Of a DNA stretch of 64,000 nt, positions 27,905 to 42,981 are shown piece after piece. The translations under genes were made by a program, and so were the position numbers. The stretch lies in assembly GCF_009914755.1 (NCBI RefSeq), contig NC_060925.1; one strand, given 5' to 3'. The notes under the pieces were generated by a model that searched no databases, was not told the origin of the DNA, and saw only the letters and a program-made list of their open reading frames with translations. This DNA is from the human T2T-CHM13v2.0 reference genome, Homo sapiens. Position 1 is the stretch's first letter, and each line of letters begins with the position of its first letter.

Positions 27905-30900
27905 ACTCTCACTCCTGCCCCACCCCCTCTCTATTGGTCCTCTTTCTCTGGAGAACCCTAATACAAATCTTGGTTCTGGTATGATCTGACAATAGTGGTA
28001 AGTAAAATATCACTATCGTATACTCTTAATCAACTGCTTGTAAGCAGCAGAGATCCAGGTGATTTTATATATGATACTTCCAAACATTTTTGGCAAACTA
28101 ATGAATATAATGAAATTGGCTGGTTGCTCCTAGTGTCACTAGACAAAGTTGGGAAAGCAAAGGATGAACTCAAGGATTCAAATTGCCAGCTCGGGCCCCC
28201 ACCCAAGGGACTTCCAGTCACTGCCCATCACATACTTGGTGAGGGCCTGCCTGTCACTACCAGGAAGAACCAGGCATCGCATGTGTCCCTAGATCACAGC
28301 AGGGGGGCTGTAAGAAGGGCAGGGTTTCTTAACCTGGGATCCATGGATCCCTGGGCTGCATGAATCTGAAAACTTGAGTTCAGAAGCCTCAACTTAGATG
28401 GGAAAAAAGCCTCTTTATGGTCACTAACTTCTACTCGAAATTGAGCCTTTTCTTCCAGGTGAATGCAGGCAAACAAGCACACCAGGGTTAGCAGGAACTG
28501 TGTTTTCCCTAGCTAGAAACCACAGGTGTTTTCCAATTCTGTGACAGTGGCTGTAGACACCAGGAAATGTGCATCACTTCCTCACTGCTTCCAAAAGCAG
28601 GACTTAATTAGCCTTGCTGCTATTTAATGCATTATTTAATGTGTTAACTTAGAAGCATGTGTGTTACTTTTTAACTAAAACATTTTAAATAACAAAAAAG
28701 CACCAAATTGCCAGCTCATTGCTGCATAAATGACTTGAAAGCACCTAAATGTGCCCTGAAGGAAATCCTTATCTCCTATAGTCACAGGGTTGAGATTGCT
28801 GAAAATCAAACCCAGAATCTCATCCTATGCCAGAATTACAACACAAGTTGAACTCCCAGCTTTATAGGGTATCTCCTGTTAAAGTGAGGGCATTAGTTGG
28901 GAAGGAATGGGAGACTACCAGTTGGAATAGGAATGTGTAGGGAGACACTGATGAACCTGGGGACATTTAGGCCCTAAATTCTGATGAGTTGTCTTTGCCA
29001 GTAGAAGAGACCACTTCACCGCATCTGAGGGGATTAACCTAGCATTACCTGAGGAAACTGTAATGGCATCCCAGCCAATGCTGAGTCTCCTCAAGTCGCA
29101 CTTCCACCACATTTCTTTGCTTCTAGACCTATAACTAGATCTCTAAAGGTGAGGTACAAAATGTGACTATAAGGAGATACATTGCACTCTGAAAGAACTA
29201 CTTGAATTTTCTACTTTATACAGACAGAAATCCATGGAACATGCATGGGAATGTATTCTAAGGGTGTGGGATAAGGGTGGAAGGAACATAAAGTTGGATT
29301 AGGCTGAAGTTTTTGATATGGGCTTACTAAGCCAGGTGTGCATTTAAGGTTGCAACTCAAAGAGTTAGAAAGCGATCTAACAGTTTGATTGACTGGCTGA
29401 AAAACAGACCAAAAGTTGGCCCACCATGAATGAGTTGCCTTGGTTTAATGCAGGGATTCAAAGCTTAGGGAGGTTGGAATGTTAGAGTGGGTTTGTCATT
29501 TAAGATCACTTCCCCATCCTGGAAGAGTCCAAATGACATACCTTTTACCATGACTATGAGAAATAAATTTGTGAGAGGAGCCCTGGCAGCCTTGAAGAGC
29601 TCTGTTGTCACTCTTCTATATAGGACAGACATTACGGCCCACCATAAGGCCTTTACTGCAGGCACTGAATTGGGAAACCCAAATGCAATAGGAATAATTG
29701 GATCCCAGGGTGGTAGGGGCCAAGTTGTGGCACTCAGCCACCAAGGACAAGGTGGAAAAGTTACTGTAATGGGAAGCAGAGTTAAAGCAGCAATCAGAAT
29801 AATCTGATTTACATAGACCTATGGCTTTGGATAGGAGGGCTACTAAATTCTGACTTGATCTGAATAAGCATAAAAGTTCTAGGTTGAGGTTTTATGCATG
29901 AGATCAGCAACAGGAGCCTGCAGTCACCAAGACTGACCTGGCTATAGCCATTACTGCATGCCCAGTCTGTCGGCAGCAGAGACGAACATTGAGTCCCCTT
30001 TATGGTACCATTCCCTGGTAGCAGATTGATTACATTGTACCACCTCCATTATATTCATATTGGAACAGACACTTATTCTGGACATCAGTTTGCCTTCTGT
30101 ATGTGTAATGTTTCTGCCAAAACTAACATCCATGGACTTAAAGAATATCTTATCTGCCATTATGGTATTCCACACAGCATTTCTTCTGATCAAGGAACTT
30201 ACTTCACAGCAAATGCAGTGCTGCAAAGGGCCTGTGCTCATGGAATTCACTGTTTTGACTGTGTTTACCAACCATCTTGAAGTAGTTGGCTTGATAGACT
30301 GGTGGACTAGTCTTTTAAGGACTCAATTACAACACCAGCTAAGTGGCAATACCTTTCAGGACTAGGGAAAGGTTTTCCAGAAGGCTGTATATGCTTTGAA
30401 TCAGCTTCCAATATATGATGCTGTTTCTCCCATTGCCAGGATTCATGGGTCCAGCAATCAAGAAGTGGAAATGGAAGTGGCATCACTCACCATTACCCCT
30501 AGTAACTCAAGGGCAAAATATCTGCTTCCAGTTTCTATAACCTTGCTCTGCTGACATAGAGGTCTTAATTCCAAAAGGAGTATGCTTCCACCAAGAGACA
30601 TAGTGATAACTTTTTGACCTGGAAGTTGAGACTCCTGCCCAGCCACTTTGGCTGTCTTATGCCTCTGAATCAACAGGCAAAGAAGGGAGGTATTGTGTTG
30701 GCTGAAGTGATTGATCCTGATTAGCAAAGGGAAATTGGACTACTACTCCACAATGCAATAAAGAAAGAATATGTCTGCAATACAGAAGATTCCTTAGGGT
30801 ATCTCCGTTCTGTCATGCTCTGTGTTAAAGGTCTGTGGAAAACTACAACCCAATCCAGGCAGGACTATGAATGGCCAAGACCTTTCAGGAATGAAGATTT

Positions 30901-31843
30901 GGTTCACCCCACTAGTTAAAGAGCTCTGACTAGCTAGGGCTTGCTGAAGCCAAAGGAAATACAGAATAGGTAGTAAAAGGAAAAGGTAGTTGTAATTACC
31001 AACTACAACTCTCTTACCAGTTACAGAAATAAGGACTGTCTGTAATTGTCATGATTATTTCCACCTCATTTGGTATGATTTTTTTGGTGTGTATATATAT
31101 ACATATATTAAACAAATATTTTATTTCTTCTTATTCTCTTATAATGTAACATAAGATGTGTTGACTTCACGTCATATTATTTAAGTATTGCCAATTTCAC
31201 ATTATAGTATTTAAGTTATGAGATATCAAGAAGAATGAACATCACTCAGTGACGTTACCTCCTTTTCTGGAAAAGGGGTTAGTGCTTTCTCAGTTGTGCT
31301 GAAGACAGTTGTATCATATTAGAGGGAAGTATGACCTAATTATTGTCTTCATTTGTAGATTAAGTGTGGTATAAGGAGATGCCTATGGATGCCAAGTTTA
31401 CAAGGGGTGGATTTGTGTTGAATAGTTTTATGTGTCAACTTGGCAAGGTCATGGGGTGCCCAGACATTTGGTCAAACATTCTGGGTTTATCTGTAAGGGC
31501 ATTTCTGGATGAGATTAGTAGACTGAATGAAGCATATTGCCTTCCCTAGGGTGGATGGGTCCCATCCAATAAATTGAAAGCCTGAATAGAAGAAAAAGGC
31601 TGATCCTTCTAAGAATAAGAGAGAACTTACTGCCTTCAATCTGAAATACTGAAAGACTAAATTGCCTTCAGACTCAAACTGAAACATTGGCTCTTTCTAA
31701 GTCTACAGCTTGCAGGCATTTGGACTGGAGTTATTCCATCAACTCTCTTGGGTCTCCAGCTTGCTGACTGTAGATTTTTGATCTTGCCAGCCTCCATAAT
31801 TGCATGAGCCAATTCCATATAATAAATCTCTTTACACACATAC

Positions 31844-31876
<33 letters not shown>

Positions 31877-31915
31877 CCTATTGGTCTCTTTCTCTGGAGA
31901 ACCCCATCTAATACA
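27424..31915 (+). mobile_element. Internally deleted ERV-L provirus with two MLT2 LTRs (27424-27965 and 31414-31915)
   Basis: LTRs share tgcccagacatttggtcaaacatt and a CA/CT microsatellite; polypurine tract caaggggtgga before the 3' LTR; gag remnant (DIPFTMTMRNKFVRGA), integrase remnant (DTYSG..YGIPHSISSDQGTYFT), dUTPase remnant (about 30560-30760); no protease or RT remnants recognised. Confidence 0.9.
28193..28703 (+). other. TSD-flanked foreign insert in ERV-L gag containing a hAT-Charlie-like fragment (about 28320-28670)
   Basis: CAAATTGCCAGCTC at 28179-28192 and 28704-28717; A-rich 3' end; cagggtttcttaacctggg Charlie-type terminus. Confidence 0.8.
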
Positions 31916-31925
31916 GTATCTGTTT

Positions 31926-32032
31926 TCTTTTTTTTAATTTTTTTTTGAGATGGAGTTTTACTCTTTTTGCCCAGGCTGGAGTGCAGTGGCATGATCTCAG
32001 CTCACTGCAACTTCCACCTCACAGGTTCAAGC
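31926..32032 (-). mobile_element. Severely 5'-truncated AluS
   Basis: About 85 nt of Alu 3' end plus T tail; TSD ATACAGTATCTGTTT at 31911-31925 and 32033-32047. Confidence 0.88.
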
Positions 32033-32659
32033 ATACAGTATCTGTTTCCAAAGTATTCTACAATAGTTTAAAATAGTGTTTTTAGTATTACTTTACAATA
32101 TTATTTTCTAGTATAAATAATTTAATAAAAATGTAATATTGCTACTTATTTTAAATTTAATTATTATTTTCTAACACAGTATCCTTAGTGCCTAGCACAA
32201 TTCTTGCAACAGATAGGGTCTGAATAATTATTTGCTAAATTGAATTAACCTGAAATAGAGTTTACAAAGTTCCTCTAATAGATTGGTTTGGCATATAACT
32301 TTTAAGGACATTATTGTTATTGAATATAGTCTCTACCTTTTAAATAGCTTACTGTGTTCTAAATATTTCCTGTAGCTTTATAAATTTGGTTTTGTTTTAT
32401 ACTCCTTTTGATTTGTTGAGTAGGTATTTAAGAATTTTCATTTTTCTGTCATATACAAAATTATTCCTTCCCTTGCTTTTCACTTTCCATAGTTGATAGC
32501 CATTTTGCCAATCAATTATTTTTACTGTCTTAATATTTAAATTTCCACTGAACACCTACCTAATTTGTCACTCATAATGTCTTAAAACGTAACTGGTTAT
32601 TCAGATCTCTATCTGCCTTAGTAAATTCTGGGCTGGAAATCTTGTGCTGGCTGTAAGTC

Positions 32660-32822
32660 ACTTGAACCACTTTCATCAAAATCACCTAAAGTACTTACAG
32701 AAAATGCCATTTCCTGGGGCGCCACATTAGAACTATTGGTTGACAATTTTTCAGGGGATATGTACCAAGAATTTGCATGTTTAACAGGCTCTCTAAGGGA
32801 TTACTAATGTTTGAGAGCCATT
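32660..32822. mobile_element. MER5-like hAT MITE
   Basis: atcaaaatcacct...caagaatttgcatgtttaacagg...gtttgagagcca. Confidence 0.65.
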
Positions 32823-33343
32823 ATCTTAATCAGTGTTCTCAATCTTTCTTTTTCCTCTACCAGTACCTAACCCAAACACAATGAAGTCTAAAAACTAAAA
32901 ACTTTTGGAATTTGACATACCTAAGACAATCTCTTGATTCCACTGCCAAAACCTACTTACAACTAGGGAGGCTACTTTTATAGTTAAGTTTTTTAAAAAT
33001 TGAGGAAAATATTATTTTTTTTGCATGTGAGTTACCTTCCTAATAAATGATTACTTCAATTCATAGCTTTGTTTCTGGTAAACTTCATCTTTTCAATATC
33101 TTCAGATATATTTTTTAGGATTTTATTTTCAGTTTTGTTCTCTTTCCCATAATGTGGCATACACGTCTGTGCACAAACATAATAAACATATCTTCTTCAT
33201 TTAATATAAAATCTCAAAACATTTTAAAATGGATTGATAATGTTAGCCTCCAAATTATTAGTTTTATTCCTACATCTCTGCCAAGCTACTTAGAAAATTA
33301 AACTAAAATTTTATGTTCACATAGTTAAAATAGAATTTTCTAG

Positions 33344-33613
<270 letters not shown>

Positions 33614-33778
33614 TAAGACAAACTTTCATCTCTTCTTTACTTGGCTGTTAATCTAAGGAAATTTTCTCATTCTTTTGAGTGCTTATATTCTCTTAGATTG
33701 TATTTTCTATGTCAAGCTCATTGTATCTATATCTAGATATAGATATATAAATCTTTTTAAATTTTTATAAGCCAGTAA

Positions 33779-34186
<408 letters not shown>

Positions 34187-34965
34187 TAGATACTTTCTAT
34201 TTAAATCATTAAGTCTCACAGATTCAGAGAATTTTCAATTGGTCTGTACATACAAGTTTCAAAAATTATTTTAGCTATGGATATGACCCTTTGAGGGAAA
34301 AAAACCATCTTTGTTTTGCTATTTGAAATGGGAAATCAACTGGATTACTTATTTATATCAGATGTTTAAAATTTATGAGCCTCAATTTCATGATCTATGA
34401 CATGGGAATAATTTTTTATATATGTAGAGTTGCAAAGATTCAATTAATTATCAAATGTGAGCTGTGTGGCACACTGCTTAGCAATTACTAACGTCTCAAT
34501 AAATTTTGATGTTGCTTCTATTTCTAAAGCAATAAATACAGTAAGCTATTGGTGTACAGTAGAAAGCCATATGGCATTTATACAATAAAATTAAGCTCTA
34601 AAAACATGAGAATTATAATTGATACTTTGAATTTGCATATAGATTACTCACCAACTGTTACATCTTCTGAGAAATTCCTGTCTCATTGATTTAGGTGGGT
34701 GAATGTTTAGCTGTAGTGTTATCCCTGTGACTAGCTATTATCTTCCCCTGCAAAACTCATATGCCTTTTGACCTTCTGTTAACCAACTATATTTGCAAAT
34801 GGAATTTCAATATTATTATTTTCTAACTATCTCTTTTGTTCCTGATATCTCAGAGCTATATTGAGAGGTAAGTGATATTCTAATTTGCCCTATGTGTCTT
34901 GGATAAGTAATTAAATCTAATAATTGGCAAGTTGTCATCCAGAATTTTAGAAAGCTTAATTCTGA

Positions 34966-35223
<258 letters not shown>

Positions 35224-35725
35224 TAAAAAAAATACTTTTAGTGTAGATTTTTATTATGACCTTTGATCTAAATATATAATAATTAATATAATAATTAAAA
35301 TATTTAAAATTAAAACCTAATTTCTAAACAAAGAAAATTAATTTTACTTCTTAAAACTCTTTTGGTTTGGTCTATTATAATCCTCGCAGCAAATCAGCTA
35401 ACAAGCTAGGAGATAAAAATTAAACAGTTTAGTTTCTAAAATAATTATTGCTATACTAACTTTATGATGAGGAAATAAATCTATTTTAAGTGGACATTAA
35501 AAATGAAAATCACTATGCACAATATTTGTATAATTATATATTTTTTATAGTTTTCAAAGCTTTTCTACTCATCATATGTAAGCCTCATAACTCTTCATGA
35601 AGTAATTAGGTCTTTATAGTAAAAGATTAAAAAAGGATTACTTCTACTCTTAATTTTACAGGTTCACAGAGGTTAAGTGATTTGTTAGGAAGCAGTAGGT
35701 TCAACACTAAACTCACATCTGTTGA

Positions 35726-36089
<364 letters not shown>

Positions 36090-37431
36090 TGCTTTACAGT
36101 GTTTTAAAAATGCAATGTGTTCAGTAAACTGACCTAGGTGCAGTGTGATATTTTCTTCAATAACAATTTTCTGTGTCCCTCACTCTTTCTTAACCTGTCT
36201 TCCATTTTTAATTCCTCTCTCCTTTAAGTTCCTCTACTGTCTCTGTGACTTCACTTGCCTAATTATCTATTTGAATCTCTTAGTCAGAAATTTTAACTGT
36301 TCTGTACTCTGAAGAAGCTCTTATTACCTAACTCTTTAGAGTTCATCTTACCACATTTCAATTATGGACCACCTCTCTACTAGCCTTCTAGTAGGCTTTG
36401 ATTCTCCTAATGAAGTTTGAAAAATATTCGAAACAAGCTATTTTTATCCACTGCAAATTCATATATTCTGATTTTAGTTGAATATTTTACTGGATAATTG
36501 TGATTTTTTTCTTTTTTTAATTGATAATAGTTGTACATATTTTGGGGCTACATGTGATATTTTGATACTTGCATGCAATGTGTAATGATCAAATCAGGGT
36601 AGTTGGGATAGCCATCACCCCAAACATTTATCTTTACTTCATGTTGAAAACATTGCAATTCTTATCTTCTAGCTACTTTGAACTATACGACACATATTAA
36701 CTATAGTCACCCTACTGAACTATCGTACACTAGACTATTTCTTCAATCTAACTGTATTTTTGTACGCATTAACCAACCTGTATTCATCTCCTTCCTCCTC
36801 CAAACCCTTCCTAACCTCTAGTAACCATCAATGAGCTCTTCACCTCCATGAGATCAACTCTTTTAGCTCAGGCATATGAGTGAGAACATGTGGTATTTGT
36901 CTTTCTGTGCCTGGTTTATTTCATTTAGCATAGTGATTCTTTATCCATGTTGCTACAAATGCAAGGATTTCATTTCTTTCTTTTTTGGCTGAATAATATT
37001 CCATTGTGTATATTTACCACATTTTCTTTATCCATTCATCTGTTAATGGACACTTAGGTTGATCCATATCTTGGCTATTGTGAATAGTGCTGCAATAAAC
37101 GTGGGAATATAGACATCTCTTTGATATACTTATTTTCTTTCTTTTGGATAGATGCCCAGCAGTAGGACTGCTGGATCATATGATAGTGCTATTTTTAGTC
37201 TTTTGAGAACCCTCCATACTATTTTTCATAGTGGCAATACTAATTTACATTCCCATCAACAGTGTATGTGCATTCCCCTTTCTCTATCCTCACCAGCATT
37301 TGTTAATTGTCTGTCTTTTGGATAAAAGCTATCTTAACTAGGTGAGATGATATCTCATTGTGGTTTTGATATATATTTCCTTAATGACTGGTGATGTTGA
37401 ACATTTTTTCATATACCTGTTGGCTATATGT

Positions 37432-38153
37432 TTGTTTTGTTTTTTAATCTTTTATTTCACTTATGTTGTTCCCTCTGCTAAGAATTTAATTCCTCTTCCT
37501 CCATCTACCTCATCCATATAATTTTTATTTAACATTTTTACCTAGCTCAGATGTGAACTTCCCCAAGAAACTTCCCTGAATTTTTTTCCAGTGGAGCAAT
37601 GTACTCATTTCTTGTTCTTAAAGGCCCCTTTTCACAACAACTATGATGTAGTTGCAATAATATATCCACATTGCCTATTTTTTGTTTATTTTTATTTTAC
37701 TTTATTTTAGATTGAGGGGGTACATGTGCTTGCTTGTTACATAGGTATATTGCATACTGCTGTGAGTTGGGCTCCTAGTGTACCCAATAGCCAGATAGTG
37801 AACATTGTAACCAATAGGTAATTTTTAACCCTTGCCACCTCCTACCTTCCCCCTTTTGTCCCCAGTGACAGTTATTTCCATCTTTATGTCCATGTGTACC
37901 CATTGTTTAGCTCTCACTTATAAGTGAGAACATGCAGTATTTGGTTTTCTATTTCTGAGTTAGTTCATTTAGGATAATGGCCTCCAACTCCATCTATGTT
38001 GTGTAAAGGACATGATTTCATTCTTGTTTATGGCTATTAGTATTCCATGGTTTTCTTTATGCAGTCAACTATTGGTGGGTGTTTAGGTTGGTTCTATGAC
38101 TTTGCTATTGTGAATAGTGCTGTGATGAACTAGGTACAGGTGTTATATATGTG

Positions 38154-38206
<53 letters not shown>

Positions 38207-38259
38207 CTTTTAGTTCTTTGAGAAATCTCCGTAAGGTTGAACTAATTTACATTCCCACC
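37432..38259 (-). mobile_element. 5'-truncated L1PB-like element with a ~230-bp 3' transduction
   Basis: TSD ACCTGTTGGCTAT(A/T)TGT at 37415-37431 and 38260-38276; L1 3' end about 37680-38259; extra sequence 37450-37680. Confidence 0.75.
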
Positions 38260-39965
38260 ACCTGTTGGCTATTTGTATGTCTTCTTTTGAGAAACATCTA
38301 TTCAGATGTTTTGCCAATGTTTTAATTGGGTTTATTTGGTGGGATTTTTTTGCTATTGAGTTGAGTTACTTAGATGTTTTGGTTATTATTTCTTTGTTAT
38401 TATTTTGCTTAATTTGGTTGTCAGAAGGAGAGCTTGAAAATATTTCCTCCCCTTCTGTAGGCTGTCTCTTCACTTTGTTAATTTTTTTTTTTGCTATGCA
38501 GAAGCTTTTTAACATAATGTAATTATATAAGTGTATTTTTGCTTTTATTGCCTGCACATTTGAGGTTTTACCCAAAAAGTCTTTGCCCACATTAATATCC
38601 TAAAGCATTTCCCAATGTTTTCTTCAAGTAGTTTCATAGTTTCAGGTCTTACATTTAAGTCTTTAATTCATTTTGATTAGATTTTTATATATGGTAAGAA
38701 ATATGAGTCTGGCTTCATTCTTCTATATATAGTTATCTATTTTTCCCAGCACTATTTATTGAAGAGACTGTCTTCTTGGTATCTTGTTGAAAATGAGTTG
38801 GCTGTAAATGCTTGGACTTATTTCTGGGTTCTCTGTTCTGTTCAATTTTTTGATGTGTCTGTATTTATGCCAGGACTCTGTTGTTTTGGTTACTATGGCT
38901 TTGTAGTATATTTTAAAGTCAGATAGCATGATGTTTCTAGGTTTGTTCTTTTTGTTCAGGGTTGCTTTGACTATTTGAAGTATTTTGTGGTTCCATATAA
39001 ATTTTAGGATTTTTTTCCACTTCTGTGAAGAATGTCTGTTATTTTGATAGGGATTGTATTGAATCTATAGATTACATTGAATAGTATTGACATTTTAGCA
39101 GTATTTATTCTTCCAATCAATGAACACATTTATAGCAATATTTATTCTTCCAGTCCATAAATGGGATTTCTTCTTGTATTTTTTTCAGTTTGTTCACTAT
39201 TGACGTATACAAATGTCACTGATTTTTATATTTTTGGTGGAGTCTTTAGGGTTTTCTAAGTATAATATGTCATCTGCAAAAAGGATATTTTGACTTCTTC
39301 CTTTCCAGTTTGGATGCCTTTTGTTTCTTTCTCTTGCTTAATTGCTCTGGCTAGGACATCCAGTACTATGTTGAATAAAAGTGGTGAAAGTGGGTGTCCT
39401 TGTTTTGTTCCAGAAGTTAGAGGAAAGACTTTCCATTTTTACTCCCATAGTATTATTTAGTTGTGGGTTTGTAATGTATGTCCTTTATTGTTTTGAGGTG
39501 TGTTCCTTCTACACCCAGTTTGTTGAGACGTTTTGTCATAAAGGAATGTTGAATTTTGTCAAATACTTTTTCGGCATCTATTGAAAAGATCACATGGTTT
39601 TTGTCCTTGATTCTGTTAATATGACATATCATATTTATTGATTTGCATATGTTTTATCATTCTGGCATCCCTGGGATGAATTCTGTGTAATCATGGTGAA
39701 TGATCTTTTCAGTGTGTTGTTGTATTTGGTTTGCTAGTATTTGGTTGGGTTCTTAATTTATGTTTAACAGGAATATTGGCCTGTAGTTTTCTTTATTTGT
39801 TGTTTCATAGTCTGGTTTTGATATCAGGGTAATACTAGCCTCATAGAATGAGTTTGGAAGTGTTCCCTCCTCTGTAATTAATTGAAATAATTTGATTAGA
39901 CTTGCTATTCATTCTTCTTTAAAAATATCTGGTATAATGCAGCAGTGAAGTCATCAGGTACTGGC

Positions 39966-40192
39966 TTTTCTTCTTTTTCTTTTTCTTTCTTTTTTTTTTT
40001 GACAGGATCTTGTTCTGTTGCCTGGACTGGAGTGTGGTGGTGCAATCCCAGCCCACTGCTTACTTGACCTCCTAGCTCAAGTAATCCTCTTACCTCAGCC
40101 TCCCAAATAGCTGAGACCACAGGTACACACCACCACATCTGGCTAATTTTTATTTATTTACTGTTTTGCAGAGATGGGGGTCTCCCTATACT
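39966..40192 (-). mobile_element. 5'-truncated AluJ in L1
   Basis: Right arm plus part of the left arm. Confidence 0.8.
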
Positions 40193-41420
40193 GTGGGGTT
40201 TTCTTTGAAGGGAGATTTTTTTATTATTACTTCAATCTCATTATTCATTATAGGTCTATTCTTGTTTTCTATTTCTTCATGCTTCAATCTTGGTAAGTTG
40301 TATGTCTCCAGAAATTTCTTTCTTTCTTTTAAGTTTTCCAATTTGTTGGCATATAGTTGTTTACAATAGTCTCTAATGATCCTTCGTATTTCTGTGGTAT
40401 CAATTGTTATGTCTCCTTTTTCATTTCTGATTTTATTTGGGTCTTCTCTCTTTTTAGTTGGTCTAGTAAAGATTTGTTTGTCTTTTGTATTTATTTTAGT
40501 TTCAACTTCATTTATTTCTGCTTTGATCTCTATTATTTCTTTTCTTCTACCAATTTTAGGTTTGGCTTGTTGTTTTTGCTTTCCTAGCTTTGAGAAGTAC
40601 CACGTTAGGTTGTTGTTGTTTTTTTTTTAAATGTTTCTACTTTTTTGCTGTAGGTGTTTATTGCTATAAACGTTTCTCTTAGCAATATGTTGCTGTATGT
40701 CATAGATTTTAGTATGTCATGTATTTTTTTCAAGAATTTTTAAATTTTTCTTTTTAATGTCGTTATTGACCCATTGATTGTTCAGGGGCATGTTGTTTAT
40801 TTTCCATGTATTTATATATATAGTTTCCAAAAGTTCATTCTGTTATTGATTTCTAGTTTTATTCCATTGTGGAATAAAATATACTTCATAGGGTTTCGAC
40901 ATTTTTGAATTTATTGACACTTGTTTTGTGGCCTAATGTATTGTTTATCCTGGAGACTGTTTCATGTGATGATGAGAAGAATTTGTATTCTGCAGCAGTT
41001 GGATGAAATGTTCTGCAAATGTCAGTGAGGTCCAGGCAGTCTAGAGTGTAGTTTAACTTCAGTGTTTAATTGTTGATTTTCTGTTTGGATGATCTGGCCA
41101 TTACTGAGAATGGAATGTTGAAGACCCCTACTAGTATTGTATTGCAGTCTATATTTCTCTTTATATCTATGAATTTTTGCTTTACATATTTGGATGGTCC
41201 ACTGTTGGGTGAATATATATTTATAATTGTTATGTCCTCTTGCTGAATTGACCCCTTTATTATTATAGAATAACATTCTTTGTCTCTTTTTACAGTCTTT
41301 GACTTGAAGTCTATCTTATCTGATATAAACATAGCTACTCCTGCTCTTTTTTGGTTTTTATTTATCTGGAATATCTTCTTCCATCCCTTTACTTTTAGTC
41401 TAGTATGACTTTGTAGGTGA

Positions 41421-41696
<276 letters not shown>

Positions 41697-41904
41697 TAAG
41701 TCTTGTTTTTTTAATCCATTTAGACACTCTTATGTCTTTTAATTGGAGAATTTAGGACATTTACATTCAATACTATTACTGATAAAGACTTACTGCTACC
41801 ATTTTGTTACTTGTTATCTGGTTGTTTTGTAAGTGCTCTCTTTCTTCCTTTTTGATTAAGTAATTTTTTCTGGTAGTATGTTTTAATTCATTGCTTTATA
41901 TTTT

Positions 41905-42570
41905 TAATATATATAATATATATACAATATTATATATATTATATATAATATATATACAATATTATATATATTATATATAATATATATACAATATTATATA
42001 TATTATATATAATATATATACATATTATATATATTATATATATACATATATATGTATATATACATATATAATATGTATATATGTATATATATGTATAATA
42101 TATATATTGTATATATATATTATACATATGTATATATATATTATACATATATATATGTATAATATATATAATGTATATATATACATATTATATATTATAT
42201 ATAATATATACATATTAATTATATATAATATATACATATTATATATTATATATATAATATATATACATATTATATTATATATAATATATATACATATTAC
42301 ATATATTATATATAATATATATACATATATAATATATTATATATTATATATAATATATATAATATATAATATATATATAATATAATATATTATATATTAT
42401 ATATAATATATATAATATATAATATATTATATATTATATATAATATATATAATATATAATATATTATATAATATATATAATATATATAATATATAATATA
42501 TTATATAATATATATAATATATATAATATATAATATATTATATATTATATAAATTTAAATATATATATTT
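41905..42570. repeat. AT-rich degenerate minisatellite / (TA)n tract, about 670 bp
   Basis: Directly visible; starts with about 3-4 copies of the 32-mer ATATATAATATATATACAATATTATATATATT. Confidence 0.95.
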
Positions 42571-42813
42571 TAATTTATGATTTTCATGAGGCTTATAAAA
42601 TATTTTATAGCTATAACACTTTATTTTAAACAGATAACTACTTAGTTTTGACCATAGAGAGAAGAAAGTAACAAACAATGGAAAAACTGAAACACTCCGT
42701 ACTTTAACTTCATTCCCCTGACATTTTGATTTTTTCTTGTCTCAATTTACACCTTCTTATATTGTCTATTTCTTTAAAGGTGTCTGTAGTTACTATTTTC
42801 ATAAACGTGTCTT

Positions 42814-42981
42814 TTTTTTTTTCTTTTTTTTTTGAGATTGAGCCTCACTCTCTTGCCCAGGCTGCAGTGCAGTGGCGCGATCTTGGCTCACTGCAAGCTC
42901 CGCCTCCTGGGTTCGCACCATTCTCCTGCCTCAGCCTCCTGAGTAGCTGGGACTACAGGCGCCCACCACCACGCCCAGCTA
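42814..42981 (-). mobile_element. AluY-like right arm with TSD
   Basis: ATAAA(C/T)GTGTCTT at 42801-42813 and 42982-42994; caagctccgcc..ccattctcc Y signature. Confidence 0.88.

Noticed and set aside
39090-39162. ~36-bp diverged tandem duplication within L1 ORF2
   Set aside because: Ordinary local rearrangement beside a deletion in a dead L1.
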